Shown piece after piece: positions 9,645-19,925 of a stretch of DNA of 60,394 nt. Source of the DNA: a virus (lineage: Duplodnaviria > Caudoviricetes); the IMG/VR virus record IMGVR_UViG_3300036828_000746, positions 1 through 60,394 of that record. One strand, 5' to 3'. The position numbers and the translations under genes are program-made. How positions within the stretch are numbered: position 1 is the stretch's first letter; the number at the start of each line of letters is the position of its first letter. The notes beneath the pieces were generated by a model. The model worked only from the letters and a program-made list of their open reading frames with translations, ran no database searches and was not told the DNA's origin.

Positions 9645-10050
9645 TCGTAACGGCAGGATCGACACGTCGATCTGGGGAATCTCAGACACCGAACTGCTCG
9701 CGATCGTTGATGACCTGAGCAACGAGGATGGTTGGACGGAGAACATGGACGTCCGTCTGCAACTGGGCGAGAACGTCGAAGCGAAGGACGTGCGCTCGGG
9801 CGTCGGGTCACGCCTTGCCTGGATGCGCAGGTATGGGTGGCTTGAGAGGAATCCCGACTCGCGTACTCAACACCGACTCTCAGAGGTCGGGCGCGTACTC
9901 CTCGCGAATCCCCGATTGACGAAGGCAGTTGAGAGCGCGCTCGTGAACATGAACCCAGCGCAACGCCTCGCGCTCACGCGTGAACTCGCGGAGGGCGGAC
10001 AGGATATTCGAACAGCGCTACGCCGGCAATGGACGAGGTCGCTACGATGA
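9637..10050 (+). CDS. Winged-helix protein
   Basis: ELLAIVDDL...GVGSRLAWMRRYGWLER...HRLSEVGR. Confidence 0.6.
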   Translation: MPSRNGRIDTSIWGISDTELLAIVDDLSNEDGWTENMDVRLQLGENVEAKDVRSGVGSRLAWMRRYGWLERNPDSRTQHRLSEVGRVLLANPRLTKAVESALVNMNPAQRLALTRELAEGGQDIRTALRRQWTRSLR

Positions 10051-10674
10051 CACTGGATAAATTCGGACAACCGTACGGGTCAAGCTGGGAAGGCATGAGC
10101 ATGGGCGAAGGACGCAAACTCGCCCCGACTGGCAAATGTGACAAAGCGCCCGACGGCAAGCACCACTACACCGCAGTTACCTGCGTGCAATCGGTCGAGC
10201 ACTTCGTGTGCGATTACTGCGGCGACGATTGGTGGGACTGATGAGTTTCACCCAACCGCTTTGCTTGACGTGTTGGCACACGCCGCCCGATTGGACGCCC
10301 GAATCTCTTCTAGCGGTCCTCAAGGAACACGCAGACGCTGACCCGATACAAGTCACAGGCGTCGGCATTGAAACCTGCTGTCTGTGTGGACGTCGTTCTG
10401 ACCACGGGATCTACGTCCGCGTTGACCCAAGGTCCGTTCCATACCCGCGATGATGTGGCACCGAAAAGGCAACGGGCACGCGACGAGCGGCGTGGTGTTC
10501 ACAGCGCCACGCTGCGGTCGCCTGCAACATCCGGAACCTTGCTCGATGGTGTGGCCCGACTGTGATTGCACCGGATGTGTGCTGCGTGAGATCTCGCAAG
10601 CCGTATGGGTAGGCCTGTTCTCGTCGTGGGGTGAATGGCCGAGGGAACGAGCGGACGGTTGCAAACGCTACTGA
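10047..10674 (+). CDS. Three small Cys-rich hypothetical proteins (10047-10241, 10241-10453, 10450-10674)
   Basis: Abutting or overlapping start-stop junctions; CxxC motifs. Confidence 0.5.
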
Positions 10675-10814
10675 GCGTTGGATTGCATGGAGGGGAGTTG
10701 GCGTATGTCTTGGTTATCGCAGCGATCCCGTTCCTCGTCGGATGGGCGGGTGAGCAACTGTTGTGGCGCTTCTCTAAGAAATATCGAAGAGGAAGGTGAG
10801 TTCCCGGTGAGACC

Positions 10815-10837
10815 TGTCAATATGTCGGTGTAGGCAA
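10815..10837 (+). promoter_or_regulatory. Repeated early-promoter motif, copy 1 (TGTCAATATGTCGGTGTAGG)
   Basis: Near-identical copies at 12904, 14680, 22647 and 23824, variants at 15359, 19880 and 20818; each is followed by a CAAGGA RBS and a start codon. Confidence 0.8.
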
Positions 10838-10862
10838 ACCCCCAGGAACACAAGGAGTCACA

Positions 10863-11756
10863 ATGAGCACCGATCCGAACACCATCACCGACAAGCAGCA
10901 AAACTTCATCAACAACCTGCTCGCGCAGCGCGAGGTTCCTGCCCACGTTGCCCGCACGCTGCAAGACGTGCCGGTTGAGACACTTTCGAAGCAGGCGGCG
11001 TCTGAGATCATCAGCGCGCTGCTCGAAGCGCCTGAGACAACAGGCGTGCAGAAGACAGGCAGCGCGGATGACAATTACGGCATCCCGAGCGCCGACGCGC
11101 TGCCCACCGGGCGTTACGCGATCGACAGCGCGGATGGCGAATTGACCTTCTACCGCGTGTGGCGCGGGACGCGCAACCCCGACTACGTCAAGGTCTACCT
11201 GCTGCACGGACCGGACGAGACGGAGGTCCCGTTCGGCAAAGGCCTCGTGACGATCACGAAGGACATTGCCGCTGACGCCGCTGGCGCCGCGATTCGTTAC
11301 GGTCACGAGATTGGCGCGTGCAGCGTATGCGCCAAGCGCCTCACGAACCGCGTATCCCGCGCACTCGGCATCGGGCCGATCTGCGGCGGGCACTTTTACG
11401 GCGAGGAGTGGAAGTCAACCGTTCACGGTGCACGCGAGCAGATCAAGGCCGCAGGCCTCGATCCCGACGAGAACGTGGAGGACGATGAGCAGGTTGTCCG
11501 CTACGACGTGCGCGGCGACTACGTTGCGCCCGAGCCCGTCGCGACGATCACGCGCAAAGCAGACATCGACGGCAACCCGCGTATGTCGGACATCCTGTCT
11601 GACCTCGACACCCGCTCGATTGTCGAACTTGAGGGCATCATCGCAGAAGCCCAGCGCTTGATCGAGAAGCGCGTGTTCGCAGTACGCGAGCAGGAGCAGG
11701 AGCGCGCAGCGTACACCGCGAAAATGAACCGCGACCAGACGTTCCTGGGACGCTGA
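10863..11756 (+). CDS. DUF6011-like domain protein
   Basis: YGHEIGACSVCAKRLTNRVSRALGIGPIC motif. Confidence 0.75.
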   Translation: MSTDPNTITDKQQNFINNLLAQREVPAHVARTLQDVPVETLSKQAASEIISALLEAPETTGVQKTGSADDNYGIPSADALPTGRYAIDSADGELTFYRVWRGTRNPDYVKVYLLHGPDETEVPFGKGLVTITKDIAADAAGAAIRYGHEIGACSVCAKRLTNRVSRALGIGPICGGHFYGEEWKSTVHGAREQIKAAGLDPDENVEDDEQVVRYDVRGDYVAPEPVATITRKADIDGNPRMSDILSDLDTRSIVELEGIIAEAQRLIEKRVFAVREQEQERAAYTAKMNRDQTFLGR

Positions 11757-11821
11757 TTCGAACGAACAGCGGGACACGCCGTTACAATTGCCGCGTGTCC
11801 CGCTCAACCCAACAAGGAGAC

Positions 11822-12719
11822 ATGATGAATACACGCAAACACAACACCGAAGGCATGATGCCGTACAAGCACCGCGGGGTCACGTACTTCCTCGATGACG
11901 AGACGTTCTATACGGAGGACGGAATCGCGATTGGATACGTCTCCCGCCGGTACACGTCATACGTCGCCCAACTGCTGGACGATGACCTCGAACCTGTCAT
12001 GGAAGGCAGCAGCCCGGGCGTCGTGAACGTCGAAGGCGACGACCTGGATGACTTGCTCGCGATGTTCGAGGTCTATCAGGAGACGACGACATGATCACTG
12101 AACTGGTACTTGACGAATACAACGAGGATCCGGTCAACCTGGTCATCGTTCGCCTTGCGGAGCACAACGTCAACAAAACATGTGCTGAGGACCCGGGAGA
12201 AGACGTGTACGTTGTGGAGCACATCATCGAAGCACGTGGGTCTCAGCACGTAAAAGCGAGCATGACGATCCAAGTACCTGCGCGGGATCAGGAGGCGACA
12301 TGATGGACGAATGGACATCAGCACGCCTCGATCGCTTGCACCACGAATACCAGGAGCGTTTGGACGCGTGGGAGACACGCACGCTTTTCCAGTTACGGAA
12401 CGGGTTCGTCGTCGCTTCTGACGGAACGGCAACAGCAACCTACAACGTCGATGAGTACAACGAGCTCCTTTGGTTGAGGTCGCGGCGCGTGTTCTGGTTG
12501 TGGATGAGTCGCTACCCGAACATGCAGCACGACGGCCTTTGGGCGTCGGTGGATTACGCCCTTGGGGTGGTAGACAAACGTGTGGGCCTGCGCAAGTCGT
12601 TCCCGCGCACATATCTCGACCGCTACGTGCGCGCTGCAGTTCGAGAGCAGGTTGACGGAATCATCGCTTCGCTCGATGACATCAAGGAATCCCTTGATGG
12701 TTGGGAGCGCGACGTCTGA
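11822..12719 (+). CDS. Three hypothetical proteins (11822-12094, 12091-12303, 12300-12719)
   Basis: CAAGGAG/AGGAG RBS and ATGA overlaps. Confidence 0.6.
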
Positions 12720-12903
12720 CCGGGCAGAGCAGGACGCTGAGCGATTGGCAGGGTAGGACAGGCGTAAGGTGCCGCGCTTGACACTACGCCCACGCAGCAG
12801 GCGTTAGACGAGGACTCAGCGGTGTTGGGTATTGCCGCCGGGTTCTCGTCGTCAGATGTTATCTAAGAACACCCGAAGGATATCCGGAAACCCCCGGGAA
12901 ACG

Positions 12904-12926
12904 TGTCAATATGTCGGTGTAGGAAA
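12904..12926 (+). promoter_or_regulatory. Repeated early-promoter motif, copy 2
   Basis: TGTCAATATGTCGGTGTAGGAAA. Confidence 0.8.
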
Positions 12927-12954
12927 AAACCCAGGGAACACAAGGAGACACCAA

Positions 12955-13290
12955 ATGAAGGACTACACTCGCACACTCACCGCTCGTCATCCCGGAACCT
13001 GCCAGGCCTGCAAGGGCGCAATCGTCCCGGGCGACAAGATCGCTCGCAAGCAGAACCGCAACGGTTGGAACGCTCGGGGATGGAATCACGCTCGTTGCGA
13101 GCTCATTTGGCTGTGTGACGGACGCACGATTCAGGGCAGCGGCGGCGTCGCGCTTTACGTCGCGATCAGCGCCGAGGGCAAGGTCGTCGGTGACAATCGC
13201 GAGTCAGTACTTGGCGGCATCGCGGAGTACGCGCCCGACACGGACGCACGTGCGAAGGCACAGGCAGCATACGAGGACCTCCCCTTCTGA
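12955..13290 (+). CDS. Hypothetical protein with Zn-ribbon (ARHPGTCQAC...I.PGD.I...HARC)
   Basis: Strong RBS; CxxC...HxxC. Confidence 0.65.
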   Translation: MKDYTRTLTARHPGTCQACKGAIVPGDKIARKQNRNGWNARGWNHARCELIWLCDGRTIQGSGGVALYVAISAEGKVVGDNRESVLGGIAEYAPDTDARAKAQAAYEDLPF

Positions 13291-13353
13291 TATTATCCAC
13301 GCGGGACGCGCACAACGCGCGTTCCGCACCTACCCAACAAGGAGACACACCAA

Positions 13354-14298
13354 ATGACAATCGACAGCGCAATCCAAAAGGTCCGCAAACTGCTCGACCT
13401 CGCGAACGAAGCGAGCAAGGGCACGGAGGCGGAGCGTGATCTCGCGATGCAACGCGCTCAGGAGATCATGTTGAAGCACGGCCTGGAGATGGCCGCGATC
13501 GACGCATCACGCGAGGACAAGTCGCGGGAAGTCGGAGAAGAGCGTTACGACATCATGGAGGAGGATTGGCAGCGCGCGCTCCTCGACAACATCGCTCGCG
13601 GGTCGTTCGCTCGCACGTACTTCTACCAGGGGTCGAACCGCACCGTCATCGTCGGGCGCCCGGAGCAGGTCGCGTTCGTCAAGACGCTGTACCAGTGGTT
13701 GCTCCCGCAGGTTGAGGCAGCGGCGATCAAGACGGCGAAGTCGTACGACAAGCGGGCGCAGTACGCCTACCTGTACGGCCTGCGTGCGTTGACCATCGAG
13801 ATCGCGGCGGGACGCGATGATCGCGACATCCGCGAAGCATCCCAGGAGGACATCGCGTGGGCAGGCCTATCGCGCTTCCTGGACAAAAACGATCGCGGCG
13901 ACGGAGCGGAAGACATCTCGAACCTTTGCGGGATCGCGCTGAACTACGCCAAGGAGGTGCGCCCGTTCGTCAAGCGCGAGGAGGTCGCGCCAGGGTTCGC
14001 GCAGCACACCGGCGTCTTCATGCGCTCGTTCTTCCTATCCGCTGCTGCGACGGTCGGTCAGCGCCTACGTGAGACGCAGACGCGCTTCGCGGAGGAAGGC
14101 GGCGACAACGCGTCCGCGCTCGTCGTGCAGGAGACGAAGGCGGTCGATGACTTCCTGAAGGCGCTCGACCTCGGGAAGGTGTCGTCATCCGCGAAGTACG
14201 ATCGCGAGGGGTGGAAAGCTGGCGCAAACGCAGCGAAGGATTTCTCACTGCACACGAACCGCGAGGTCGCAGGCGGGCGGAAGGAGTTGAACGCCTGA
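13354..14298 (+). CDS. DUF2786-like protein
   Basis: IQKVRKLLDLA....TEAE..LAMQRAQEIMLKHGL N-terminal motif; C-terminal YDREGWKAG. Confidence 0.75.
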   Translation: MTIDSAIQKVRKLLDLANEASKGTEAERDLAMQRAQEIMLKHGLEMAAIDASREDKSREVGEERYDIMEEDWQRALLDNIARGSFARTYFYQGSNRTVIVGRPEQVAFVKTLYQWLLPQVEAAAIKTAKSYDKRAQYAYLYGLRALTIEIAAGRDDRDIREASQEDIAWAGLSRFLDKNDRGDGAEDISNLCGIALNYAKEVRPFVKREEVAPGFAQHTGVFMRSFFLSAAATVGQRLRETQTRFAEEGGDNASALVVQETKAVDDFLKALDLGKVSSSAKYDREGWKAGANAAKDFSLHTNREVAGGRKELNA

Positions 14299-14510
14299 CA
14301 CCAAACGAGTGGATCGTGTTCGACGCGCTACGCCTGACGGGCGAACGTGGGATGACGCTTCAGGAGCTCGCTCACTTCACCCGTCGGGCGTTGCCCGTTG
14401 TTGCTGTCGGCGTCAGAGACCTCCACTCACGCGGGGTCGTAGAAAGGCGTATCATCGAGGGGATCGTGTATTGGTCGACAAGCAACAGGAGGACACGTGC
14501 CTACCATTGA
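14211..14510 (+). CDS. Small winged-helix protein (true start probably near 14290)
   Basis: LTPNEWIVFDAL...GMTLQELA...V..LHSRGVVERR...VYW. Confidence 0.55.
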   Translation: MESWRKRSEGFLTAHEPRGRRRAEGVERLTPNEWIVFDALRLTGERGMTLQELAHFTRRALPVVAVGVRDLHSRGVVERRIIEGIVYWSTSNRRTRAYH

Positions 14511-14676
14511 GAACCGGTGGGCGCAGTTCAACGACGACGAACGAACCATCCTGTCTGTGGGCCTAGCGTTGGCGTCGAAAGGCGCTCCCGTCGAGGTGCT
14601 GCGACTGATCGACCGGTTGATCGTTGAACTGTCGCAGAATAAGGATAGGCGAAGAGTGGCGGACATTCCCGGATAG
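14497..14676 (+). CDS. Hypothetical protein (59 aa, below track cutoff)
   Basis: AGGAGG RBS then GTG; MPTIENRWAQFNDDERTIL... Confidence 0.5.
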   Translation: MPTIENRWAQFNDDERTILSVGLALASKGAPVEVLRLIDRLIVELSQNKDRRRVADIPG

Positions 14677-14679
14677 ACC

Positions 14680-14702
14680 TGTCAATATGTCGGTGTAGGC
14701 AA
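14680..14702 (+). promoter_or_regulatory. Repeated early-promoter motif, copy 3
   Basis: TGTCAATATGTCGGTGTAGGCAA preceded by TTCCCGG, as in copy 1. Confidence 0.8.
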
Positions 14703-14731
14703 ATTCACCCGCTCACACAAGGAGACATCAA

Positions 14732-15310
14732 ATGACCACCACACAGAACACCCGCCGCGATAACCTGCACGCCGTCTTCTTCGACATCGTCCACAACTGG
14801 GCAGTCGACGTGGCCGAGATCGCGGAGCACACGGACCTCACGAAGGACCAGGTTCGCTCACTGCTCAGCACGTTGGAGCGCAAGGGCATGGTCGCCGGCG
14901 CACACGTCAACGGCGAGCCCACGAAGATTTGGCAGACCTACTACGACATCCAGAACGAGACGGACGTGATCGAGCGCGCTGAGGCCGAGTTCGCAGAGAA
15001 GTTCCCGAACGAGGTTGCTGACACGAAGTCGCCCGCGCAGACGCCGAAGACGCGCCCGGATGAGGGTCAGGTTATCTACGAGGTCAAGAAGACACGCACG
15101 ACAGGCGCACACGTCACCCTCACGAACTACTCGAAGGGCACAGGCGAGCGCCGCTACGTCGCACAGTGCTACACGCACAGCACGGTGCACGAGTTCGCAA
15201 AGCGACTGCCCGCCGAGGCGATGTGCCATCACCCCGAGGAGTGGTGCGCCGATTGCCAGGTCATCGACACGACGAACCAGCACGCAGCGCTGCAGGAGCA
15301 GGGGATCTAA
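14732..15310 (+). CDS. Winged-helix protein with C-terminal Cys/His Zn site
   Basis: DVAEIAEHTDLTKDQVRSLLSTLERKGMV HTH; CYTH...WCADC. Confidence 0.7.
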   Translation: MTTTQNTRRDNLHAVFFDIVHNWAVDVAEIAEHTDLTKDQVRSLLSTLERKGMVAGAHVNGEPTKIWQTYYDIQNETDVIERAEAEFAEKFPNEVADTKSPAQTPKTRPDEGQVIYEVKKTRTTGAHVTLTNYSKGTGERRYVAQCYTHSTVHEFAKRLPAEAMCHHPEEWCADCQVIDTTNQHAALQEQGI

Positions 15311-15358
15311 GAGGAGGCGAAGAATACGCGCTCGGTGGACACCAAACCTCCGCTGAGC

Positions 15359-15381
15359 GCGTATATTTGTCGTGTAGGAAC
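15359..15381 (+). promoter_or_regulatory. Early-promoter motif variant (TATATT-6nt-GTAGGAA)
   Basis: Same hexamer-to-GTAGG spacing as the core copies. Confidence 0.65.
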
Positions 15382-15408
15382 AAACCCCCAGAAACAAGGA
15401 GACACCAA

Positions 15409-16142
15409 ATGACCTTCAAGAACATCACTCGCGGAGACGTCGATTCCGGCACGCGCGCTTCCTTCATCTCGCGCCTTGGGCGCGGCAACGTCGTCCTCGT
15501 CAAGGGCCTTCGCGGGCAGAAGGACGTGCCCCAGATGGTCATCAAGAAGGATGGCAGCGACGTGTACGTCAAGCCATATGACGGCGCGATCAACGCGCGG
15601 CACGCACGCCGCGACCACATCGACCACAAGATCGACGGCAAGAAGGTCAGCACCGAGCAGATCATCGGCATCGCGATCTCACGGTAATCGACATGCGCTG
15701 CTACATCTGCAACAATCCCACTGGCGTCAACGCGATGGACGACCTCGATGAGAGGGAATTCGATCTCGTCGTGGAGCACCACGGCCTCATCCATTGCCAA
15801 GGAACAGACGAGCAGTTCGACGCGGAGGGCAACGTCATCATGTGCCCCGAGTGCGCTGCCGACGCAACGACCCACTAACCCCCACAAGGAGACACACCTA
15901 TGACCATCGAAATCCACAACGGCGTAGCACACGGCATGGACGACTACGTCTACACCGCGCTGTGCAGCATGCCCGACACGCCCCGCGGCGAGTACGACGA
16001 GGAGATAGACCTCATCGTGCGCAACACGACGCACCACAACCGGCGACCCAGCGTCGCAGCGCTCAAGCGCGCAGCACAGGAGGAATGCGCTCGGGGTTAC
16101 GAGACAGGCCTTCGTGTCCGGCGAATCGTCCGCGTGTGGTAA
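15409..16142 (+). CDS. Three hypothetical proteins (15409-15687, 15693-15878, 15900-16142)
   Basis: CAAGGAG RBS before 15409 and 15900; consistent codon usage. Confidence 0.6.
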
Positions 16143-16185
16143 CAACCTGATAACATCACCGACCCAACCCAAACAAGGAGATACA

Positions 16186-16953
16186 ATGCCAAGGATCTAC
16201 ACAGTCAACAAGGCGCGCGCTAGCAAACGCACGCGTACATGCCGCGTTTGCGGACATGTCGTGCAACCCGGTGAGTCGTACCGCTACTTTGAGCCGCGGT
16301 TCGGACCCGCAGTCGTGTACTGCGCGGAACATCACCCGAGGCGTTCGCACATGACAAGCAGCAAGATGGGCGCACTGTACGATGCTCAGGATGACTTCAC
16401 GCCGAGTGACTTCGAGTCGGTCGAGGACCTGCAGTCGGCACTCAGCGCTGTCGCTGACACGGCGCGCGAGGTCGCATCGGAGTACGAGGAGTCGATCTCG
16501 AACATGCCCGAAGGCCTGCAAGACTCATCGCCCGCCGCTGAGGAGATGCGCGAGAAGATCGACGCGCTCGAATCATACGCCGACGCACTCGACGGGTTCG
16601 ACCCGGACGTGGAGGAGTTCGATGAGGATGAGGCCCGCACGGCAGTCGAAGAGGAGATCGCTAACGACATGATCGCGGAGTGGGAGGACAGCGGTCAGCT
16701 CGATGACATCCGCGCCCAGATTCGTCAAGACGAGGAACCGGGCCTGGACGATGACGACGAGGCAGCAGACCCGCTCGAAGGCGAAGACCCACTGGACATC
16801 GTGCGCGGACACGCGCGGGACGAGTCGGAGTTTGACCTTCGCGTGGATGAGGAGATTGAGCGCCGGCGTGACGAGTTCATCGAGGAGCATGGCAACCCGA
16901 TCGAAGACGCTCAGAACGAGGCTGCTGACCTCGTGTCTGAGTTCGAATACTAG
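16186..16953 (+). CDS. Zn-finger plus highly acidic helical protein
   Basis: CRVCG..V.PGESY...YC..H; D/E-rich C-terminal two-thirds. Confidence 0.7.
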   Translation: MPRIYTVNKARASKRTRTCRVCGHVVQPGESYRYFEPRFGPAVVYCAEHHPRRSHMTSSKMGALYDAQDDFTPSDFESVEDLQSALSAVADTAREVASEYEESISNMPEGLQDSSPAAEEMREKIDALESYADALDGFDPDVEEFDEDEARTAVEEEIANDMIAEWEDSGQLDDIRAQIRQDEEPGLDDDDEAADPLEGEDPLDIVRGHARDESEFDLRVDEEIERRRDEFIEEHGNPIEDAQNEAADLVSEFEY

Positions 16954-17266
16954 GATCCAGTGACGACAAAATCGAGGTGCTCAGAAATGACCGTGAACCG
17001 AGTCGAACAGCAGGAGTGCGTCAAGCGCCTAAACGAACTCGAACGAGTCGTCCCAATCTACCGACAGGCATTAGAACACATCGCTGACACGAACGGCTCA
17101 GGCACACTCGGCAGAATCGCAGATCGAGCGTTACGTGAAGCGCTCATCCCACGTGATAACGTACGAGATCATCATCCGGCGCCAGGTTCGTTGCCGAAAC
17201 TACCTCAAAGCATCTTCAATCTAGAGAACGACCCTGTGCGATCAACCCAACAAGGAGACACAACCG

Positions 17267-17719
17267 ATGCACCTACCTGACCTAAAAACGGAGGACGACG
17301 GGATCACCCCCGTTATGCCACAAGGCGCATACGCGCCCGACTACAAGGACGATTGGGTCGCGCTAGTCACAAGGCGCCTCACGAAGAAGATGCCCGACCT
17401 GTCGACCGGACAGCGTCGTGTTCTCGCTAGCATCGCGTTCACGCGGCGGTACGAGAGGATGACCGTCAAGTGCTCACGATGCGAGGGGAACGGGTACGAC
17501 CCGACCTACTCAGGATCGTCCCAAGGTTCGCCGTCGTGCCAGGTGTGCCAAGGACGCGGGCAGGTCTCAAAGCCAACTGTTCGTTATGTCGGACGAGACG
17601 CACGCACGCGCCCCGTTGCCGAACGCTACGAATACGGGCAATGGAAGCGTTGGGCGATCGGGCGCTCAGGTGACCCGCAAGACATCGCTGAACCCATCGC
17701 CGAAGGCAGGCCGTACTGA
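17267..17719 (+). CDS. Hypothetical protein with DnaJ-type CxxCxGxG zinc finger
   Basis: CSRCEGNG and CQVCQGRG. Confidence 0.6.
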   Translation: MHLPDLKTEDDGITPVMPQGAYAPDYKDDWVALVTRRLTKKMPDLSTGQRRVLASIAFTRRYERMTVKCSRCEGNGYDPTYSGSSQGSPSCQVCQGRGQVSKPTVRYVGRDARTRPVAERYEYGQWKRWAIGRSGDPQDIAEPIAEGRPY

Positions 17720-18413
17720 TGATCCTACGCCCGTCCGACGTTGGCGCCTTGACATTCGTGTCGGGGCGTCATCCGGACAGGGAACTCACAGTCACGATCA
17801 TGCTCATGCCGATCGACCCGAACGAACCCCGAACGTCGTACCTGAGCATCTACGTGTACGGCGTCGAACCCACTGCCCGCTACATCGCGACGGACGATGG
17901 CGACGTGTACGAGTCAGCGAACGGACACACGTTGACGACACTCGCCCACCGGGCGAAGGCATGACCTTCATCCGTAAGGCCCTCGTCGTCGCGATGTCCT
18001 ACCTGCCTTACAGCGTCCTTGACGCGATCGGCAGTCGCACGCAAGCTTTCTCTCAGCGCTGGCACCTTGTTTCCGTTGCTTGGTTCAGGCGGGATCGCCG
18101 TAGGGGCAAGTGAAACACATGTGACCGAGCCAGATACCTACTTGGCACGTACACTCATGCGAATCGCCGCGGCGCAGGCCGCAGATATCGCCGCAACACT
18201 AGACCCAAGTGTCGGTGACCTCGGCGCACTCGCTGATCAATTCGAGGCTGCGGGACTTGACAGCCTTGCTACCCACGGCCTTGACGCAAGGACATACATA
18301 GCGCACGACACGAAAGGAGGAGCACCACACGGCCAACACAACGCACGCCCCGAAGTAAACGAGTAGGGGAGCAACGTGCGCTGCTGGACAGTGCATCCAA
18401 CGGAAGGAATAGC

Positions 18414-18788
18414 ATGGCCAAGTTCGTTGTCGTTGCGGGCCTCACGCTCGCGGGCGTGTTCGGGCAAGTCATCGAACACAAGCAGCACCACGCAGTACAC
18501 GCGCATCGGCACGCAGCACCCAAACCCCCGCCGATGCAATACGCGGTCGCGTCGTGGTATTACGATGCAGGCGAAACCGCATCCGGGTTCCACGCAACCT
18601 ACGGCGTAGCGAGTAAGACGCTCCCGTTCGGGACCAAGGTGATGTTTACCTACCATGGGCGCACGGTCGAAGCGATTGTTGACGATCGCGGGCCGTTCGT
18701 GTACGGCAGGACGTTCGACCTCAACCAAACGCTCGCAGGAGCGCTTGGGTTTGCAGGAGTCGACGTAGTCGGGTATCGCATCGTCTGA
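18414..18788 (+). CDS. RlpA-like (double-psi beta-barrel) secreted protein / putative lytic transglycosylase
   Basis: Signal-peptide-like N-terminus; ASWY...ASKTLPFGTKV...VDDRGPF..GRTFDL. Confidence 0.85.
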   Translation: MAKFVVVAGLTLAGVFGQVIEHKQHHAVHAHRHAAPKPPPMQYAVASWYYDAGETASGFHATYGVASKTLPFGTKVMFTYHGRTVEAIVDDRGPFVYGRTFDLNQTLAGALGFAGVDVVGYRIV

Positions 18789-18934
18789 CCGGGCAGCGCC
18801 GCGCGCTAAGCAGGTTCCACGACGTTACCCGGGACAACCTATGGCTTCGGTGTCTGCGCACCTTAGCGCCCCTTAGCGCGCGTCCGCTGTGATATAATGG
18901 GATTGAACGATGACAACCACCCAACAAGGAAAGC

Positions 18935-19691
18935 GGGTCATAATGAAACCAAGCCATAACGCTTGGGTCCGACAAGATCGCGTCTTCTGGATAGACGAGA
19001 ATGCCGGTACCTTGGAGTACAAGATCGACAACGACACCGTCCAGGCAACGCTGCAAGACATCACCGTGTGGGCGCCTGCGTCAACACGCAAACTCGCTGA
19101 CCTGCTTGGCGACCGTCTGCAGGAGCAACGTGCCAAGGTGTTCGCCTTCGCGTTACGCGAGTGGCAGGTTACGGACAACATGGGCGAAGCGATTGCCTAC
19201 CTGGAGCGCGTCGTCGCGGACATCGAATGTCTGAAGACACTCGACTGGCATTACCCGCCGAGTCACGCGTACTCGTTCAACGCACGAGGCCCGATTGCTC
19301 AGCGCTACTTCTCACAACCTGGAGACGACCTCGGGACGGTGACCGCCGAGATGCGTGCGTTCGCGCGTGTTGCGTCACACGTCGGGCGCTCGTACGGAGG
19401 TACTCCGAACACAGGGCCTGTCTGGTTCATTGAGACGCACCTTGAGAACATGCCCGAGTACCTCGAAAGCCTCAAGGACGACATCGACATGTACGACCTC
19501 AAGGATTTTCGCGACGTGCAGCACGCAACGGAGATCATCCTTGAGGTGACGAAGCGAACACGCTGCGAGGAGTGCGGCAAATGGATCTCACTGACGCGGA
19601 AGGACACGAGGTACTGCGACCAGAAATGCAAGCAACGAGCGTACCGCAAACGTAACCGCTGACTCGTTACGGCTCGGTTTCATTATGACCC
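18935..19691. repeat. 27-bp inverted repeats (18935-18961 and 19665-19691) enclosing one gene
   Basis: GGGTCATAATGAAACCAAGCCATAACG versus the reverse complement of the right arm GGGTCATAATGAAACCGAGCCGTAACG (25/27). Confidence 0.9.
18943..19662 (+). CDS. Protein with C-terminal CGNR-like treble-clef Zn finger
   Basis: RCEECGKWI...RKDTRYCDQKCKQRAYRKR; upstream GTGATATAAT and CAACAAGGA. Confidence 0.75.
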   Translation: MKPSHNAWVRQDRVFWIDENAGTLEYKIDNDTVQATLQDITVWAPASTRKLADLLGDRLQEQRAKVFAFALREWQVTDNMGEAIAYLERVVADIECLKTLDWHYPPSHAYSFNARGPIAQRYFSQPGDDLGTVTAEMRAFARVASHVGRSYGGTPNTGPVWFIETHLENMPEYLESLKDDIDMYDLKDFRDVQHATEIILEVTKRTRCEECGKWISLTRKDTRYCDQKCKQRAYRKRNR

Positions 19692-19692
19692 A

Positions 19693-19833
19693 CTCCAAAA
19701 TCCACGGTTACCCCTGAGACGCACGCTAAGCGGCGCTAAGCGGTTTCGAGGTCGTGCCCCTAGGTTAGGTCCCAGAAACAATCTTTGAGCTTCCTCCCTG
19801 CAATTCCCAATAAAAAGCTTTCTAGGCGAGAAA
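19693..19833 (+). repeat. Dispersed ~120-140 bp intergenic repeat, copy B
   Basis: Aligns colinearly with 3314-3456. Confidence 0.9.
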
Positions 19834-19879
19834 TGGAGCGAAGAAAGTTATAAGAACGGTGGGCGTTATCCGGAAAGCG

Positions 19880-19902
19880 TCGTATGATCGTCGTGTAGGA
19901 AC
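19880..19902 (+). promoter_or_regulatory. Early-promoter motif variant (TATGAT-6nt-GTAGGAA)
   Basis: Same geometry as the core copies; upstream ATCCGGAAA shared with 12882 and 22626. Confidence 0.65.
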
Positions 19903-19925
19903 AACCCCCCGCTCAAGGAAACCAA

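Noticed and set aside
18935-19691. Classical IS element
   Set aside because: Inverted repeats are present, but there is no target-site duplication and the enclosed protein has no recognisable transposase motif; kept only as an unexplained IR cassette
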